From Botryllus schlosseri (taxonomy: Eukaryota): DNA of 64,000 bases. Positions within the stretch are counted from its first letter, which is position 1. Each line of letters opens with the position of its first letter. This document shows positions 1 through 10,979 of the stretch, piece by piece. Below the pieces are notes generated by a model. That model had not been told where the DNA came from, ran no database searches, and was given only the letters and a program-made list of their open reading frames with translations. The position numbers were made by a program, and so were the translations under genes. The stretch covers positions 15,376,001 through 15,440,000 of the forward strand of contig CM119378.1 of assembly GCA_051294905.1 (NCBI GenBank). The letters are read 5' to 3'.

Positions 1-160
1 TAATATGCATATCAATCAATCAATCAATCAATCAATCAGGTTTATTAATATTTTCATCGTTTCAAAACATCACAAGACTGCGATACAATGAAAAGATAGG
101 AAGGTGTCGAAACAACTTGGAGTAGCCATTAAGATCAGACACCCACCTTAGCCTAGCCTT
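1..160 (-). mobile_element. 3' tail of LINE/SINE family with (TGAT)n microsatellite tail
   Basis: Reverse complement matches the 3' end of the LINE fragment at 630-1193 (GGTGGGTGTC..CTCCAAGT.GTTTCGAC..TTCATTGTATCGCA..AATAAACC). (AATC)n tail at about 11-37. Confidence 0.75.
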
Positions 161-629
161 AGCCTAGCCATAGTGACGTCACGAGTATCGGATCATTTTA
201 TCGTCTTTTATGCTCGGGAAATTGATACGGCTGGTATAATTTGACGCACTCGATATATTATACCCAGGGCAATTTTTTCGACCTAAAAACGGAAGATTTT
301 GACCTTAAAAATCAGAATTTTGACATTTTTTGATCATAGAAAAACTTAATTTTGGCCAAATTTTTACTTAACGTATGCAAATCAGGTGTTTTCCCACATG
401 ATGTTAGAATTGTACTACTTATCTTCATTTCTGGTTCGAACTGTCTGTCCTAACGAAGTAGTTTGGCATGGAAAAACTTTTTTGACTCAAAAACTGACAA
501 ATTTATTTATGCGAAATCTGGCCCTATGAAGAATTCCAGTAGACATCACGTCTTATGGTAGAATAAATAATTAAAATTTGTTGTAGTAGCCTACAAAGAA
601 AGGTACTGTCCTACATTCTCGGGTAGAAA

Positions 630-1193
630 GTGTCTGTCCTTACAAAGCAGCTTGCCAAGAATGGAACCTACAATCTCCATAATGGTCGTTGCCCCGAATA
701 TTTCAATGACTTCTTTACCTCTGAATCAAAAGCGCACAAGTACAACACACGCGCGTCAACGTCGTCCAAATATCATATGATCGACCGAAAAGATCATCGC
801 TCTATCAAATATGCCGGACCTAATGTGTGGAACAGTATCCCGCCGGCCATCCGGCAGTCGACGAGCATGTGCACATTCAAGTCGAAATACAAGCAATTAC
901 TACTAAATAAATACAGTCCATCCTCAAGATTACCGGACCACGACTGACCTATCGATCTCGCTTCCCATGACATGCCGCCCTATTTCTTGTCGCTTCCTTT
1001 TCCATACTATCTTCTTTACTTTCATTCAGTGTGCATGCCTCCTCTTTACATCGCCTAGGCCAAGGTGGGTGTCCGATTCCATAGACAACTCCTAGTCGCT
1101 TCGACATCTTCCTTTCATTTCATTGTATCGCATTTTTTGTGGTGTATTGAACTGATAAAATTGCTAATAAACCAATGATGATGATGATGATGA
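630..1193 (+). mobile_element. 5'-truncated LINE (L2/Crack/CR1-like) ORF2 C-terminus plus 3'UTR with (GAT)n tail
   Basis: Translation HKYNTRAS...SIKYAGPNVWNSIPPAIRQSTSMCTFKSKYKQLL fits the C-terminal motif of L2/CR1-group ORF2. It is followed by AATAAA and (GAT)n. Related copies occur at 4645-4970, 5150-5229, 35826-35915, 58745-58970 and 59160-59285. Confidence 0.8.
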
Positions 1194-1746
1194 GTACGCG
1201 GACGCATGTACTCCAAGATCATATAGAAGTGCCATTGCTGCAAAATCCAATTTTCATTTGCAGAGCCTCAGTGTAGTGGGTGCAGGGATTCTGCAGAGTG
1301 CAGACTGTTAATTGCGAAGTGGTAACTGTGTGCGTGTAAGTATCCGTCATATTATGTGCCAGAATATCCGTTCGTTCGGTCAGCCACCCACCGACTGAAG
1401 CGGCATACAAAATGTAATGCAGTATTTATCCTAACTATATAAGGATGGTATAGGAAGACTTGCAGCTAAAGTGCCTTACAAAACGGAGCTGTCTGAGTCA
1501 AAAATCATTTTTTACCTTACAGTCTGGCGTTGCCGTTGGTCTGTCATTCTGACCCACTGCGATTGATTTCGCAGTCACATTTCATTCCTGCATGGCAGCA
1601 GAATCTAGTACTGCAATATATCATTCGTATGTCATACCGTAGGCTATCGGGCTATGATATAGTTAAGGTCTAAGGTAAAAAAAATTTGTTTTAGAACTAC
1701 TATTTAGAGTTTGGGTTAGCAATCTGTAAGTTGCCAAGTTTAGACC

Positions 1747-2580
1747 ATGGACCCTGCTGAATGCCTGCTTGTTCTGGGAGATCAATCCAGGCCGTCCAAG
1801 ATTTCAAAGAAAGCCACACACGATTCATTAAAAAATGAATTTCAAAACCAATATCCGCATCAAATTCATGATGCAGTTCCAGTAGTGTTGCAGATCTGGG
1901 ACAATGATTGGAGTTATTGGGTAGACATACCGACCACTGATGATATTACATTGGTCTCTGGCAGCAAAGTAAGGATGATCCAGAGAAGTAATGTTGGTAA
2001 AAGATTGGGTAATTTGAGTCAAGATAGTTGTGCATTTTTTTGTTGTGATATGCAAGAGCGGTTCAGACCAGCTATTGCTCATTTCGAGGACATCGTTCTG
2101 GTATCAAAGAGGTTATTGGATGGTGCTTATGCACTCGATATACCTGTTCTTGTCACGGAGCAGTATCCAAAAGGATTACTAAAGACGGTTCCTGAATTGA
2201 ACATCACAAAAGCAAATGCTGTTATCGAAAAGACGGTATTCTCAATGATGGTGCCGGAGATGGAAAAAAAGCTAGAAGAACTGGGTAACCTGCAAAGTGT
2301 TGTACTTTTTGGTGTTGAGGCGCATGTATGTATTCAACAAACAGCATTGGACCTGCTTGCTAGAGGAATCGAAGTTCATGTAGTGGCTGATGCTACTTCA
2401 TCAAGATCTGATGTTGATAGGCACATCGCTTTCGAACGCTTGAGATCTCATGGAGCTATCATTACTACGGCAGAAACTGCCCTTCTGCAACTTGTGAAAG
2501 ATAAAAATCATCCAAAGTTCAAGGAAATACAAGGGTTGATCAAGGCAACTCCTCCACAGAATGGGCTGTCAAGCTTGTGA
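1747..2580 (+). CDS. ISOC1: Isochorismatase domain-containing protein 1 (single coding exon, 277 aa)
   Basis: FFCCDMQERFRPAI, VTEQYPKGL, VLFGVEAHVCIQQT, HVVADATSSRS and HPKFKEIQ match the family. The N-terminal extension VLQIWDNDWSYWVDIP resembles human ISOC1 VVQLFAEEWGQYVDLP, which favours ISOC1 over ISOC2. Confidence 0.95.
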   Translation: MDPAECLLVLGDQSRPSKISKKATHDSLKNEFQNQYPHQIHDAVPVVLQIWDNDWSYWVDIPTTDDITLVSGSKVRMIQRSNVGKRLGNLSQDSCAFFCCDMQERFRPAIAHFEDIVLVSKRLLDGAYALDIPVLVTEQYPKGLLKTVPELNITKANAVIEKTVFSMMVPEMEKKLEELGNLQSVVLFGVEAHVCIQQTALDLLARGIEVHVVADATSSRSDVDRHIAFERLRSHGAIITTAETALLQLVKDKNHPKFKEIQGLIKATPPQNGLSSL

Positions 2581-2741
2581 ACTAGCTATTCACCTGTTCC
2601 TTAACAAATTATGATTTATTATTGAAATTTGATCATGTCAGATTCTTCCTACTCGAGTAAAATAGATATGCAACATACTCTCAGTGTATTATAGAAAAGA
2701 AATATACTACAATTCCGTAATATTGATAGCATAATCACTAA

Positions 2742-3803
2742 TCAGGTATTTAGACTTTTGTTTGCGAGGAACCATGTAAGTGCAAACATAACACCGGAAG
2801 GCCTATCTAAACTTGTACAATCATTCAGGAAATCATGTATTTTAGTGACAGGAAGGTGGAATTCTTCTATCATTTCTCCTTCGGATTCCAGGCCACCCCC
2901 ATCCTGCACCTGTTGAGAAAAAAGTAGAAGTGCAAATAAGACACAAAAATGAATATAGCCTAAGCCACTAATGTTAACCCACCTTCATATCATTAGTGAC
3001 TTCGACATAATAAAGCGACTGCACACTTCCATGAGTACCAACTCCCGACCTATTTACAGAGTATGGTTATTGCTTATACTAAATCTGAATGTAAATCATC
3101 TGATCATCGGTGTCTCACCTAAATCTAGAGATGAGTTTGAATTCTTCAGGTGACACTTTATACCCCGTTTCTTCTAATACCTCCATTGATGCTATTTCCT
3201 CAGTTGTCTTTCCTGATTTGTCTATTATGCCAGCACAGAGCTCGTACAAGAAGCCACGTTGAGCAGATACATCTTTTGATATCTCAACCACTAAATATGC
3301 AGAACCCGTTGTATTTTATGACAATATGTTTGGAGAAAAGTTAGCCTACCTGTTTTTTGAGTCTTCAAATCATTTCGGTTCTCGTGTTGCTTGTGGCATT
3401 CATGCATGTAGACAGCTAAAATTGGTCTCCCCGAATAATTATAACAGAACAAGGTGCTTGAAGGTCAACATTGCCACCTTACCTGGCCGAAACTGTCTAA
3501 CCATTACAATGCAGTTGAGACTTGTGTTAAAAATCAGTATTGCCACACTGTTCAAGGAAAAACGATTGTTGAGAAAATCTATTATCAATGGGGTAAGACT
3601 TCAATACTTGCCTATCATGAACCCTGATGTAGTCCCATTTACGTTGTTTTCCACCCTAAAAGTATACCAGCCAGTTAACAGAGGTAACTATTTCGGGTAA
3701 ATAATTCAAAGAAAAATACCTTCTGAGTGAAGACTACTTGCATAGGTCTTACGAAGGCCGACTCCCCGAGTTTCCCTACTGAGTGGATCTCCACTTCATC
3801 CAT
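2742..3803 (-). CDS. NUDT14: Uridine diphosphate glucose pyrophosphatase / Nudix hydrolase 14, 7 exons, 221 aa
   Basis: Exons (minus): 3803-3720, 3655-3612, 3547-3483, 3415-3350, 3290-3119, 3049-2983, 2909-2742. Total 666 nt, all phases consistent, introns 59-73 bp, intron 2 is GC-AG. Translation MDEVEIHSVGKLGESAFVRP..KWDYIRVHDSVAILIFN..VRQFRPAVY..YELCAGIID..EEIASMEVLEETGY..RSGVG..GGGLESEGEMIE..WFL matches human NUDT14 along its length. Confidence 0.93.
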
Positions 3804-4187
3804 GTCTTTTCAAGAATTGCTTCGGATCAGAATATTGCCCAAAATCTATATGCCGTGGTCGTAGCTTGCAGCTATATGTGCGACGGAAGACCGTATTACA
3901 TGGACGTGGTGAAAGACGACCGTATGCTAATATTGCTAACTGAATATAAAAGTCATGCCCGCTTAAATTCGTTGATCAAACTTTATGGTCAAGCAATACC
4001 ATAGCAGTTAGCTACGTTGAAGATAATTATGGATGGATTGCTGAATTTAGGCGACTCAAATTTGCTGACGTACCATGGCGCGTGACAACCGCTTGGTAAA
4101 TCATATACCTCGTAGCGGCTAGAATGTGTGCGGTCGCATACAGCTCACGCATTCTGTGTTGCAGCTCGTCGTGATTCCTAGCAAATC
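3804..4187. promoter_or_regulatory. Probable bidirectional promoter / shared 5' region between NUDT14 (-) and the mutarotase (+)
   Basis: Divergent ATGs only 384 bp apart. No core motif was identified, so this rests on geometry alone. Confidence 0.55.
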
Positions 4188-7100
4188 ATGTCTAGCATAA
4201 AGCCAATCCGATATGGAGGAGTGATATACGTGAATGGAGATAAATTAGAAGAATACAAGAAATTGCATAGCGCCGTATGGCCAGATGTGCTGGATAGACT
4301 AACAAAAAGCAACATAAGAAATTTCACGATATATTACTGTAAACAGCTGGGTGTGCTCTTTTCTCATATGGAGTACATTGGAGAAGATGTCGAGAAGGAC
4401 ATGGCCGCGATAGCGGCGGACTCAAAAACAAAAGAGTGGTGGAAGGTGAGTTGTCAAAACCTAACCTCGTCAAACTACAGCAGGATTATGTCGCGAATCC
4501 GCAATTACGAGAATTCTATCTAATGGTCCTTGTCGCGTACGTGATAATGAGTTGTTGAGTTTGGGCTCTGCGGTATCGTGTTTGAGCGTCTTTCACTTGT
4601 CACATTTCACTCTGGTCGATATGATCAGCTCGGTAAGGTTCGGTTACTTAGCAATTTTCATCCGTTCCATACACCACAAAAATTGCGATACAATGAAAAG
4701 ATAGGAATGTATAGAAACGACTTGGAGTAGTCTTTGGAATCAGACACCCACCTTGACCTAGGCGATCTAAAGAGAAGGCAGGCACACTGAATGAAAAAGT
4801 AAAAGAAGTTACAAGAGAAAAAAGCAAGCGACAAAAATGGGGTGGCATGTCACGGAAGGCGAGATCGATAGGTCAGGTCGTGGTCCGGTAATCTTGAGGA
4901 CGGGATACTGTTCCACACGCCAGGTCCGGCATATTTGATAGAGCGATGATCTTTTCGGTCTGTGAAGATTTGTGTATCGGATCGATGACGTCTGCTGCAC
5001 TGCGTAGTGTAAGTGATGAAATTGCAAATTGATTCAGCGTTCAAGTCTTCGATGTTCGTATTTTACGCGTGAACATTGTATGCTCAAGAACCCCAAAGTT
5101 GAATTACGAACGAAAATGGTCAAAATGACATATCGGTGTAGGTTGTATCAGTATAAGTTTATTATTATTTTCATCATTTCAAAACACCGCAAGACTGTGA
5201 TACAATGAAAAGATAGGAAGTGTCGAAACCAGGGCTGCGGAGTCGGTAAATTTTACTACCAACTCCAACTCCGACTCCACATATTTTCAATGGACCGACT
5301 CCTGAGTCTTTAAATGTACCGACTCCGACTCCTGAGTCTTTAAACCTACCGACTCCGACAATATTACCAATTACCAATTATATACCACAGTGACGGTTAA
5401 ATGACTATCATATAACCATTAAACAAATGCAAACATATAATTAACGATGGCATGTAAAATTGTTTCATTGTGACACAGCTCGAATTATTCACTATGCATG
5501 AAAGATTGCCTTTCTAAATATCCTTCCTTTTTTCATATTTTATCAGTTTTTATAGAGAGAGAGAGGGATATTTATTGATTTGTCCAACCGTAAAGAAAAC
5601 AACATTGGCACATGAAACAACAATAGATGAACTTAACGGTATGGGACAGGGTGTGACCGATATGACGCTGTGTAGGGTCAACTGGTCTGATCACACCCTG
5701 CATTAACAAATACAAATATTGTGTCATAAATTTGGATGCATCTGGTTGGGATCAATCAATTCACTCAGCATAATAATAAAATACTAAAGAAACTACAAAT
5801 TTGGTGTGAGACAAGCGGATCACGGACTCTCCAATAACCTAATATGTAGGCTATGTATCATTCAAACACGACATGTAGCCCATCCTGTACAATTAAAATG
5901 TAGATAAAACAATCGAAGTGTTGATCTTATGTATGAGTCAGCAACTATTACAGAGATGCATCTTATTCTTTTCTCATTACACACTGTACTGCTGATTACA
6001 AGCGCGCACACTCTCACTACTAATATGCATTGGTCATAAACGAAATTTAGGAAGTAGTCAAATAGCATATGTCTAGTCTACATGCACTTAGTCAAGTAAT
6101 CAAGGATTAGGACTTTAAGTCTTTCTTAATCATTTGTTCGACCCAAGCAGCTAAGCTACACTGCAAATATTTTTAATTTTGTCAAGTGGGAAGGAGCGTT
6201 TGGTTATATTTACATCAATTTTACAACGAGACGATATATTTACTCTGTCACGATATCATGGTATAATTCCAAAAATTGCATCAATTTGTGACTGCATCGC
6301 GAAGATGCATATTGCTTCTTTCTTCCTCCATGCAACTGAATCGTAATTTGCAAACAATGTCCAATTTTATCTATGTCAGGGATGGCCAACCTTTTCGACC
6401 AAAGGGCAACATGAGATTTACGAACCATTGCGCGGGCAACTTGAATGTTGAAGACCTTTTTTTAGTGGTCCGATAGGAACGAACCGAATTATAGGTAGGC
6501 CTAACATTGAAAACAAGACTTATATAACTACGCTTTAAAATTGATAACAATTATGTCATGAAAAGTCCGTGTGCAACTGTACAGTGTGTAGTCGTGCCCT
6601 GGTCGCACGAAGCACGAAATATTTTCCAAGGCAATGAATGAATTCGATCAATACCCACGAGGTAATTCTCAAAATTAGTTATAACATCAGGTAAAATTGC
6701 ATGGCCAACCAAAATTTGATTAGCCTGACCGCGAGATTTGATGATTAATAAAACATCAGTTCCGACGCATTGGCGTAACCAGGGTCCAACCACATTTATC
6801 GCAGATCTTCATATATGACCATAAAGTAGAATATTTCGTGGCAGATTTATTTGACTTGGAATTTTTCTTGGCACTTCGCATGATATTTTGTCACTCGATT
6901 TCTTGCTTTTAGTATTGGAGCCCCTCCTGAAAAATATAAATACGCGTAATTTACAGAATTGAGACTATAACTATATTCGCAATTAGGAGATACGGTGTCG
7001 TCCAACATGCGACTTAGCTTGTGCGCTCGCAGCGAGATCGTCGGTGATGAAACATTTGCACAAAATGATAGATGCATGTTCACCGAAACCTTCGATATTG

Positions 7101-9248
7101 CTATGTCTAAACGCCGAATAATCCTGTCCTTGCCAAATGAGCTCAGTGGTATACAGAGGCGACGACCAATATATGCAAGTAACATATTTATCGATCGAAA
7201 TCATTCATTACCTTTGAAAAAATTATGTCGCGCCTCGCGCGACCACGACGTGGATGCACACTGCACAGTTGCACACAGAGTTTTCATGACATAATTGTTA
7301 TCAATTTTAAAGTGTAGTAATATAAGTATTGTTTCAACGTTACCTAATTCGGTTCGCTCCTATCGGACGACTGAAAAATGGTCATCAACATTCAAGTGGC
7401 CCGCGCAATACTTCGTAAATCTCATGTAGCCCTATGGCCGACAAGGTTGGCCACCCCTGATATAGATAAAATTGGACATTATTTGCAAATTACAATTCAG
7501 TTGCATAGAGGAAGAAAATAGCAATATGCATCTTCGCGATGCAGTCCAAAATTGATGCAATTTTTGGGATTATACCATGATACTGTGACAGAGTAAATAC
7601 ATCGTCTGGTTTTGTAAAATTTTTAAATTGATATAAATATAACGAGACGCTGCTTCCCACTTGACAAAATTAAAAATATTTGTGGTGTAGCTCAGCTGCT
7701 TGGGTCGAAGAAATGATTAAGAAAGACTGCATTTCCTAGTCCATCAATACTTGAGTAAGTGCATGTAGACTAGACATATGCTATTTCACTATTTCCTAAA
7801 TTTCGTTTTTGACCAATGTTTATTAGTAGTGAGAGTGTGTGTGCTTATAATCAGCAGGGTTGTAACCAAGTCACGAGGTTCCGAGTCACAAGTCAATGCA
7901 CTTTTATAGTTTTGACTCGAGTCAAGTCGGGTCATTTTCAATTCATCACCGAGTCAAGTCCGAGTCCAAGTCACGGTGTAGAGTGTCGAGTCCGAGTCAT
8001 AGTGTTTTGACTCGAGTCCGAGTCCAAGTCATTGTGTTGACTGATCAGTTCCGAGATAATGTCATGTGAAACCCACTTTTTACAACCCTGCTCGGTGATA
8101 TCGATAGCTTCACATTCATAATACACTAACTTTCCTCACTTTTAACACTTTTTGGTAGCATTTTCAAGTACCAGTACTGACGGACGATATAACAACAGTG
8201 TGAAAACTTTACTATTCTTCGAAATTACAATGAAATGCCTGTCTTGGCAGACCCAGTCTCGAGTCATATGACTTGGTCCGAGTCATGCGCAATGACTCGA
8301 GTTCAAGTCGAGTCAATACACAAATTGACTCGAGTCAAGTCATTTTTCATTTTTAAGAAAATGACTCGAGTCAAGTCGCGTCATCAAAAATCGCGACTCG
8401 AGTCATTACAACCCTGATAATCAGTATAGTGTGTAATGAGAAAATTAGTAAGTTAGATCTCTGTATTAGTTGCTGACTAATACACACGAGCTACAATTCG
8501 ATTGTTTTATCTACATTTTAATTATACAGGATTGGATATATGTCATGTTTGAATGATTCATATATATTAGGATATTAGAGACTCCATGTTATAAAATATG
8601 AAAAAAGGAAGGATATTTCGAAAGGCTTTCTTTCATGTTAATTGCATAATGAATAATTCGAGCTGTGCCACAATGGAACAATTTTCCATGCCTTCGTTAA
8701 TCATGTGTTTGCATATGTTTAATGGCTATATGATAGTCATTTAAACGTCAATGTGGCATATAATTTTCAAAGTAAATTGGTAATACTGTTGGAGTCGGAG
8801 TCGGTGTTCTCTTAAGAATATAGTCAGAGCCGGAGTCAAGTCGGTACGTTTAAAGACTCAGGAGTCGCAGTCGTATACGGAAAATGTGTGGAGTTGGAGT
8901 TGGCGGAAGGCGTGATCGATATGTTAGGTGGTAGTTTGATAATCCTGAAGGCTGACTAGTGTTCATTTAGAATAAATTGCTTGTATTTCAACTTGTATGC
9001 GGATATGTATTGACTCTACCGCTGACCTAGACCTGTCGGGTTCATTTTCCCTTCGCTCCTGGCCCAGTCACCACATTCAGTTTCTGACATCCGTTTCAAC
9101 ATTTTGACAGGTATGCGAACCCTGTCAAAAACCCCTTCAGTGGGAGGGGCCACCGCCTTCCGAAGGGGGATCTGGTGGCGGTAACGATTGGTGGACTCCT
9201 CTGGAAGAAGTTTTCCATGACGGCCATACTCCCAAATCATTCAACTGA
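4188..9248 (+). CDS. rhaM: L-rhamnose/L-fucose mutarotase-like protein (RhaM/DUF718 family), 2 exons, 131 aa
   Basis: Exon 1 is 4188-4445 (EEYKKLHSAVWP..NIRNFTIYY..EWWK, donor AAG|GTGAGT). Exon 2 is 9111-9248 (acceptor ttttgacag|, VCEPCQKPLQW..NDWWTPLEEVFHDGHTPKSFN*). The phase-0 intron is 4665 bp. Family residues Y..LH...WP and WW..LEEVFH are present. Confidence 0.9.
4645..4970 (-). mobile_element. LINE 3' fragment with internal deletion (same family as 630-1193)
   Basis: Reverse-strand translation DRKDHRSIKYAGPGVWNSIP/SSRLPDHD plus matching 3'UTR. Confidence 0.8.
5230..8903. mobile_element. About 3.7-kb foldback / inverted-duplication composite with a hAT-like left terminus (CAGGGCTGCGGAGTCGG)
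   Basis: 5240-5545 is mirrored by 8590-8903, 5825-6640 by 7260-7850 plus 8420-8590. Arms are diverged. It interrupts a LINE 3' fragment (5150-5229 left, 8904-8950 right). Confidence 0.75.
7855..8416 (+). mobile_element. hAT-type MITE, TIR CAGGGTTGTAA, GACTCGAGTC-rich subterminal repeats
   Basis: Perfect 8-bp TSD ATAATCAG (7847-7854 / 8417-8424). Same family at 13794-14319 and 40321-40896. Confidence 0.92.
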
Positions 9249-9604
9249 TGGTTACAAAAGCAGCGTCGTATTACACGCGTACTATACCTGATCTCATACA
9301 CTATCAACTCTGTATCGGATTATATCTCTTGCAGCCCAGCCCACTCTATATTTGCAACTTCCTATTATGTGGTTTCCTATCGTTGTTTTGTGGTCAGAGA
9401 ATGGTCTGAAATGTGGCATGCAGCATTCCAGCAATATTCGTGCTCGTATAAGTTGTGAATTAAACGAAGATGGATGTAAAATTTAAACTTCGGAATTTGC
9501 TAGTGGGTATATCCGCGAAAAAAGTCATCAAATATTCTACTTCGCAAGGCATTCTGAACCTCTCTGCCGCACCAGAAACGTCCACGCCATCAATATAGCC
9601 TACC

Positions 9605-9642
9605 CAGGGATTTCAAGAACTAGAATGTTCTAGAAATCCCTG
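9605..9642. mobile_element. 38-bp TIR-only hairpin relic (family C, CAGGGATTTCTAGAAC)
   Basis: CAGGGATTTCAAGAAC-TAGAAT-GTTCTAGAAATCCCTG with perfect 8-bp TSD AGCCTACC. Confidence 0.8.
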
Positions 9643-10028
9643 AGCCTACCAATTCTTTTTTACAGGATTCCATGCCCATTTGTGTTATCGATATGGTTAT
9701 AATTCCGTCAGCAACGACATCGCAGACAAAACAGCTTCGGCATGCCCTGAACTGCCGTCTAAATAAATTTGACTGACACTCATTAAAACCAGGCCAGCAT
9801 GCATAAATTTGTTCAATAAGTGTCGTTTCTGTGGAGCTAACTTTGACTCCGCATAGTTGAATTTCGTTTAATTTTGCATTGTGATGGAGTTGGTATTTGT
9901 GACGCAACCATGCTATCTGTCAAAACGAGACTGCAACTCAGGAGCAAGAGCAAGACAGCATTGTTGCGTCACAATGTCAAACTCCCTCAGCATGCAAAAT
10001 TCAAGGCTGATTTTGGGGGTGTTTCAGG

Positions 10029-10420
10029 TAGGGTTACCATACGTCCTCCATTAGGAGGATTTGTCCTCCGTTTTCGGGTTTTTGAAAATGTCCCCCGAGG
10101 ACGCCTAATTGTCCTCCTTTTTGGTGATTCGTCCTCCTTTACAGCTTTTAGAGCTAATATGATTGACAGAGTGTAGTGAGAATGGGCATAGATGACGCTA
10201 AATATGAAATTCGTGGTTCGACCAGCGGAGTCAAAGAATGAAAAATGTGGAAGAAAGACTGTATATTTCTGGAGCTGATCCGGAAAGTTTACCTTTTTTT
10301 AGTCAACCAGCCGCAAAGTCGGGAAAAATTTATCATTTTTTCCGAATTTTACCCCACAATCCTGAATCTGAAAATTTTGTCAGTGTCCTCCTTTGCCGGT
10401 TCCAAAATATGGTAACCCTA
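10029..10420 (+). mobile_element. hAT-type MITE, TIR TAGGGTTACCATA
   Basis: 8-bp TSD GTTTCAGG on both sides. Relative at 30126-30473. Confidence 0.9.
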
Positions 10421-10608
10421 GTTTCAGGGCCATGGGCAGAATAAAATTTATTCGTAATCAGTACAGCAGCAGCTTTCCTTTGACACCAGTTTTAACAAAT
10501 TTAGCGCTCGGCAAGCCGATCAAAAATGGTCGTTAAATTACCTTTGGCCCAATGGAAAGTATGACGTAACCCAAATGCAGTGAGCCGTTCAATCGCGCTG
10601 AGTAGGAC

Positions 10609-10979
10609 TATAGATAACTAACCTACGTAGGTTAGTTATCTATAGCAGGACACAATCGCAACCACGCAAGGACCATTGTTATGGTCATTGTGCTGCGTCA
10701 CTGCGATTGTTTAGAACAATGCCGATTTTCAGACTTTGAGGGGTATTTCGAGGGGGTTCCATTGCCCTGATCAGATTTTAATGTATATTATCAGAATCAA
10801 CGCGACTGTAGCTTTCAAATAAGATCAACTTTATTAAATTTGAGCGCTCGGGTCGAAATCTATGGGATTGGCAATTACGTTGCCGTTCCATGCTATGAAG
10901 CGACAACAAATCTTCGACTGTAGCATCACTCGACCGTGAATCACGTGATGCGCATCTATCCGTAGGTTAGTTATCTATA
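10609..10979. mobile_element. Family A element/relic: perfect 36-bp palindrome TATAGATAACTAACCTACGTAGGTTAGTTATCTATA (10609-10644) plus a further right TIR ending at 10979
   Basis: 7-bp flanks: GTAGGAC on the left, GCAGGAC after 10644 and GTAGTAC after 10979. Confidence 0.7.

Noticed and set aside
1219-1620. Exons of an extra gene upstream of ISOC1
   Set aside because: Some splice-like sites are present, but there is no consistent frame or recognisable product.
1747-4445. ISOC1-mutarotase operon
   Set aside because: The genes are 1.6 kb apart with NUDT14 on the opposite strand between them.
4446-4523. C-terminus of the 111-aa mutarotase ORF
   Set aside because: It is intron read-through after AAG|GTGAGT. 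The true family C-terminus is at 9111-9248.
9620-9990. Cys-containing ORF as a LINE fragment or as a further exon of the LU-sushi gene
   Set aside because: No convincing motif or phase-compatible CCP completion was found, and it runs into a hairpin relic.
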